In this document: one piece after another, positions 60,052 through 64,000 of the stretch
Layout of the letters: each line of letters starts with the position of its first letter
Numbering within the stretch: the first letter of the stretch is position 1
Position numbers and translations under genes: made by a program
IMG/VR virus record: IMGVR_UViG_3300030202_003496
Location: 10,781-74,780 of that record
Source: a virus
Length of the DNA stretch: 64,000 nt
Strand: one strand, 5' to 3'
Notes under the pieces: model-generated
The model's input: only the letters and a program-made list of their open reading frames with translations
The model's database searches: none
What the model was told of the DNA's origin: nothing

Positions 60052-60545
60052 CAAAATTCGATGATAGAAAATGGAGAAGAGATTTATTAAAGGAAAGATT
60101 TGATGATAGTAAATTATTCTCAAACTCATTAGTAAAAAAGGTAGCATCTGATATTCAGAAACTATTTATAAATAAAGATACTAAGGTAGAATATAAAGAG
60201 TTTAGATTTGCCAATGGAGATGGTGGCTTTACTTTCATGTGGGAACATGGTCCAAAATGGTACGGTTCCTATCATTTTAGTATTTCTCAAAACGAAACTA
60301 CAATTCATACTACATATCAACAAAAGAAATTTGGTCAGAAAACTAAAGGCGATAGATTCACAAAAGGCGTTAAGTCTTATAAAGATTTGAATGACGACGT
60401 TCTTAAAGGTCAGTTTAATTCAATGAAAGCTGTAATAAAAAAGAATGAAAAAGAAGCTTATAAAGAATTTGAAAGAGATAGAGATGCTCAAGCAGATTAT
60501 TACGGACGTAAATCACAAACTGGTAGAATAGGCTACGGACTATAG
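60048..60545 (+). CDS. Hypothetical protein
   Basis: 165-aa ORF with ATGA overlap. Confidence 0.65.
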   Translation: MTKFDDRKWRRDLLKERFDDSKLFSNSLVKKVASDIQKLFINKDTKVEYKEFRFANGDGGFTFMWEHGPKWYGSYHFSISQNETTIHTTYQQKKFGQKTKGDRFTKGVKSYKDLNDDVLKGQFNSMKAVIKKNEKEAYKEFERDRDAQADYYGRKSQTGRIGYGL

Positions 60546-60554
60546 GAGATAATT

Positions 60555-61607
60555 ATGAAAAAAATGTTAGTCTTATTATTTTGTTTGTTCTCACTGTCTT
60601 CGTATGCTCAGTTAACTGAAAAGGTAAATGACTTTTTCAAATACTCAACAGTTTACGGTGCGGTTAATGGCGGAAATTCTCTTTCTGATGTAGATGTATA
60701 CAGTGTAACAAACGGTTTAGAGACTCAAGTTATAGAAACACCTTATGACTATTCAGTAATATTTGGTGTAAGAAAAATAAAAAGATTTGGATATGAACCT
60801 AAGGAGGCTTTCAAGAGAGGACTCGAGGCATCATTTAGTGATGGTGCGACAAAAGGTTTGTGGTTAAAAGAGGTAGAGTTTTTATTTCAACACGAATATA
60901 AAAGACAGCAAGGTGAAAATTATTTTGACCTACACCACATGATTAGATATATTGATGATAGCTGGTTGGCTAAAGTTGAATATATAAAAGATGGATTTGC
61001 AGATGTACAATATTTTGAATCCTCACAAAGATATAGAAAAGACTGGAAAGGAATATCAGTTAATATAGGTATAGCTCAAAGAATGTCAGAGCCTTATGGA
61101 TATAATCCGTTAGATGAATGGCAATTATCAAATGGTAATTTGCATTATACATTTTTAGCAATAGAAGAAGGCTATACTGTAGAATTCGATGGACAAGGTG
61201 GTGCAGAATATTTCGACCCATCAGGTAAATCAGTTGCAACATCAACAGAAGTATGGGAAGCGGTTGTAATACCAGAAATGCTAGCAAATTATACTGAAAA
61301 GAAAAGAAACGAATTACCTATACAATGGACACATTCATGGGTAGTAGGATTCGATTATTATAAATACTCTAAAACAAGTTGGCTTCATGCATGGGGTAAT
61401 CTAATGCCATTACATTATAGTGATGACGAAAATGAATTTAGTTATTATAACTTTAATGGTGGACAATGGATGGATTATTCTGGTGGAGTTATTTTTGGTC
61501 ACTGGTTAAACAAGAATTTAGGAATATTTATAGAAGGGACATATAACAAATATTGGAATAGAGAATGGCACGGATTTAGTGCAGGAATAAATTATAGAGT
61601 ATTTTAA
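60555..61607 (+). CDS. Signal-peptide protein, probable outer-membrane beta-barrel
   Basis: MKKMLVLL...SYAQ signal; aromatic-rich beta pattern; C-terminal GINYRVF. Confidence 0.6.
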   Translation: MKKMLVLLFCLFSLSSYAQLTEKVNDFFKYSTVYGAVNGGNSLSDVDVYSVTNGLETQVIETPYDYSVIFGVRKIKRFGYEPKEAFKRGLEASFSDGATKGLWLKEVEFLFQHEYKRQQGENYFDLHHMIRYIDDSWLAKVEYIKDGFADVQYFESSQRYRKDWKGISVNIGIAQRMSEPYGYNPLDEWQLSNGNLHYTFLAIEEGYTVEFDGQGGAEYFDPSGKSVATSTEVWEAVVIPEMLANYTEKKRNELPIQWTHSWVVGFDYYKYSKTSWLHAWGNLMPLHYSDDENEFSYYNFNGGQWMDYSGGVIFGHWLNKNLGIFIEGTYNKYWNREWHGFSAGINYRVF

Positions 61608-61618
61608 GGGATAGTAAA

Positions 61619-61903
61619 ATGGGAAAGGAATTAAACGAAGACACATCATTTAATATCAGCATTAAAACACTAGCAGGTATAGCAGTGTTAATATTTACGA
61701 TTGTAGGTATGTGGTTTGCACTTCAGGCAGATATAGAAGAGGCAAAGCAATTACCAGTTCCTCCACCAGCAGAAATTACTCGTATGGAATTTGATATGAA
61801 AGACCAATTAGTCCGACAAACTATTATGACAACACAGGAAGATGTTAAGGAGCTTAAAGAAACAATTAAGCGTTTGGAAGAGAAAATAGACAAACTAAGA
61901 TAA
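61619..61903 (+). CDS. Single-TM coiled-coil protein
   Basis: N-terminal TM helix, Pro linker, C-terminal heptad repeats. Confidence 0.65.
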   Translation: MGKELNEDTSFNISIKTLAGIAVLIFTIVGMWFALQADIEEAKQLPVPPPAEITRMEFDMKDQLVRQTIMTTQEDVKELKETIKRLEEKIDKLR

Positions 61904-61904
61904 T

Positions 61905-62249
61905 ATGAAAAGATTATTAAAAATATTTAGTACAGATATCTGTTTAACATCAAGAAAATCTATAATGGTTATGATTGGTATTCTAATTAGTGGAGTCGTA
62001 ATTGCAAGTATAATGACACCAGCTGAAACACCAGAAGTAGTCATTGATAAAGAAGAAATAAAGACAGACTCCAATGTTTGGGTTCCCACAGAAGAAGATA
62101 TACAATATCAAGATAGTATGTTTCAAATAATTCAACAAACTCAATTTGAGGTAGATACTATAAAAATACACATCGAACATATATTATATAAGCTAGAAAA
62201 ACTAGAATATGCAGATGGTACGTGGGATAGTATAAGAGTTAGGAGATAG
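61905..62249 (+). CDS. Single-TM hypothetical protein
   Basis: Hydrophobic segment followed by an acidic domain. Confidence 0.6.
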   Translation: MKRLLKIFSTDICLTSRKSIMVMIGILISGVVIASIMTPAETPEVVIDKEEIKTDSNVWVPTEEDIQYQDSMFQIIQQTQFEVDTIKIHIEHILYKLEKLEYADGTWDSIRVRR

Positions 62250-62251
62250 AC

Positions 62252-62602
62252 ATGAAAAAATTATTATTTATATTACTTTTTATTTTGGCATCGAGTTTAG
62301 CTTATGGTCAATCACCTTGTAAAGAGAGTGGTATATGTGTAGTGCAGTTTAACGCAGGCTTTAATGAAGCAAATAAAGTAACATGGGTAGGTAAATTAAA
62401 GGAATGTACTACAAAATTTATAGATATTCAAAAAGATACAAAAGCTGCAGGTAAATATAAAATCGTAGTTGTACCAACAATTGTAATATATAATGATGGA
62501 GAAGAAATTCATAGGTTCCAAGCTAATATTATGATGACTATGGAGGCAACACAAAAAGAAGTACAGAGTAAAATAGACGAAATAATAATGGACGCGTTTT
62601 AA
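62252..62602 (+). CDS. Exported thioredoxin-fold-like protein
   Basis: Signal peptide; VVQFNA.FN, Y.I..VPTIVIY.DGEE..RF; lacks a CxxC in the usual position. Confidence 0.6.
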   Translation: MKKLLFILLFILASSLAYGQSPCKESGICVVQFNAGFNEANKVTWVGKLKECTTKFIDIQKDTKAAGKYKIVVVPTIVIYNDGEEIHRFQANIMMTMEATQKEVQSKIDEIIMDAF

Positions 62603-62615
62603 TAGGAGAAAAACT

Positions 62616-62840
62616 ATGAGTTGGAAAGAAATATTCAAAGATAACAATGAGTACAATGAAAAATCTATAATAGGTTTTTGTGCTTTTTTAATAATGGTAG
62701 TAGTAATGCTGGCTGATGTAATTACAGGATGGGTTGGTCAGGATTTGGTAATTAACGAAGCTATATACAATTCATTTGTAATGGTAGTGTTAGGTTGTTT
62801 TGGTATAGCTGGACTTGAAAAATTTGCAAATAGAAAATAA
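62616..62840 (+). CDS. Two-TM holin-like protein
   Basis: 74 aa, two TM helices, basic C-terminus, directly upstream of the putative endolysin. Confidence 0.5.
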   Translation: MSWKEIFKDNNEYNEKSIIGFCAFLIMVVVMLADVITGWVGQDLVINEAIYNSFVMVVLGCFGIAGLEKFANRK

Positions 62841-62855
62841 AAGGAGAATGTGTAA

Positions 62856-63461
62856 ATGAAATATTCAAGAGAGAAAATAAAGCAAGTTATAGAAAATAAG
62901 GGGTATAAGTATTTCGAAAGTGGTGATTATAATGTTAATATCATTGGTGTAAGAAATAGTGATACAGGAACTAAGGTAACAAACAGATTTGATGACACAA
63001 TCACTGTATCATATAAAGAAAATGGTGAATGGCAATATCATGAATACAATTGTACAACAGACCCAGGAGATGATTGGGTAGATAATCCAATGTTAGAAAA
63101 AGGTGTTGCGATATTAAAGCCAGGCCAATATAGAGGTTCACATAAATTAAGACTGCATCAAGGTAAATATTTAGCATTAGGACAAACAAAAGATGTTACT
63201 GTATACAGAGATGGCAATAAAGACGGCAATTATGATTTTGACGAGTCAACTTGCGATACAGGTATGTTTGGAATCAATATTCATAGAGCTACTGCATTGG
63301 AAGGAAAGACTTCTACCTATGTAGATAAATGGTCAGCAGGTTGTCAAGTTATTGCTAGTAATGACGATTGGCACGCATTTCTTAATATTTGTCAAACAGC
63401 AAGAGAAACATGGAGTAATTCATTTACGTATACATTGATAGAGAGTAAAGATATAGTATAA
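62856..63461 (+). CDS. Putative endolysin (L,D-transpeptidase/YkuD-like fold)
   Basis: NIIGVR, FDD, TTDPG, GQY, GINIH...WSAGCQV His/Cys motif. Confidence 0.55.
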   Translation: MKYSREKIKQVIENKGYKYFESGDYNVNIIGVRNSDTGTKVTNRFDDTITVSYKENGEWQYHEYNCTTDPGDDWVDNPMLEKGVAILKPGQYRGSHKLRLHQGKYLALGQTKDVTVYRDGNKDGNYDFDESTCDTGMFGINIHRATALEGKTSTYVDKWSAGCQVIASNDDWHAFLNICQTARETWSNSFTYTLIESKDIV

Positions 63462-63649
63462 TGGGACACAGAGTTTTTATTCGGCACACGTACATATACA
63501 AATGCAGTAACAAGAAATGTGGTGGCGAATGGAAGATAAATGAGGCAACAGATTTAGAAAAATTAAGATGTCCTCATTGTGGAGAGCATGATACAGTTGA
63601 TTATGTATTAACAGACCAAAGAGAAAGATACAATAAAAAATGGGAATAA
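63461..63649 (+). CDS. Zinc-ribbon protein
   Basis: CSNKKC...CPHCG. Confidence 0.65.
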   Translation: MGHRVFIRHTYIYKCSNKKCGGEWKINEATDLEKLRCPHCGEHDTVDYVLTDQRERYNKKWE

Positions 63650-63653
63650 TATT

Positions 63654-64000
63654 ATGATTAAATTAAAAAATATTTTAACAGAAAAAGGCAAAGGTTTGTG
63701 GGCAAACATACATGCTAAAAGAAAACGCGGTGAGAAACCTGCAAAACCAGGCGATGAAGACTATCCAGATAAAAAATCATGGGATGCGAACACAAATGAG
63801 CTATTTGTCAAAGAGGAAGACCTTAAATGCTTTACAGAGTGGTTAACCGAAGCAGGGAAACACATCTCAGAAGCTGAATATCAGGGTCGTAAAGTTAAAC
63901 TCAATAAACCTATGCAAGGTGATGTATCTAAATTCAAGGTATATGTTAAGGATGGAGACAGCGTAAAGAAAGTTAATTTTGGTGCAAAAGGTTCGGAAAA
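63654..64000 (+). CDS. Partial modular protein with an 'MIKLKNILTE' leader (runs off the window)
   Basis: MIKLKNILTEKGKGLWANIHAKRKRGEKPA...WLTEA...ISEAEYQGRKVKLNKP...; shares a module with the ORF at 52154. Confidence 0.7.
   Translation, partial: MIKLKNILTEKGKGLWANIHAKRKRGEKPAKPGDEDYPDKKSWDANTNELFVKEEDLKCFTEWLTEAGKHISEAEYQGRKVKLNKPMQGDVSKFKVYVKDGDSVKKVNFGAKGSE

Overview
AT-rich, gene-dense window with all convincing genes on the + strand. It comes from a large tailed dsDNA phage (T4-like myovirus-type tail and baseplate), probably infecting an aquatic FCB-group/Bacteroidota bacterium. Order: tail/baseplate module (1-11.5 kb); repair and replication genes (short PolA-like, UvsE, SSB, RecA, Hsp20, 5'-3' exonuclease, helicase, class II RNR, 11.5-23.5 kb); a putative cytosine-modification cluster around a DnaE polymerase (23.7-33.3 kb); GroES/GroEL; a glycosylation island with a complete 2-aminoethylphosphonate pathway (37-51 kb); putative capsid-internal modular proteins, a secreted T9SS-CTD repeat protein and lysis-like genes (52-64 kb). 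Main unexplained signals: a +1/-2 frameshift in the tail chaperone gene, a ~220-nt expanded tRNA-like RNA after recA, a perfect 16-bp inverted repeat bracketing hsp20, two recurring promoter-like motifs, apparent GATC avoidance, and an (L/I/V)-x-E-punctuated polyprotein. All calls come from reading motifs by eye; no database searches were run.
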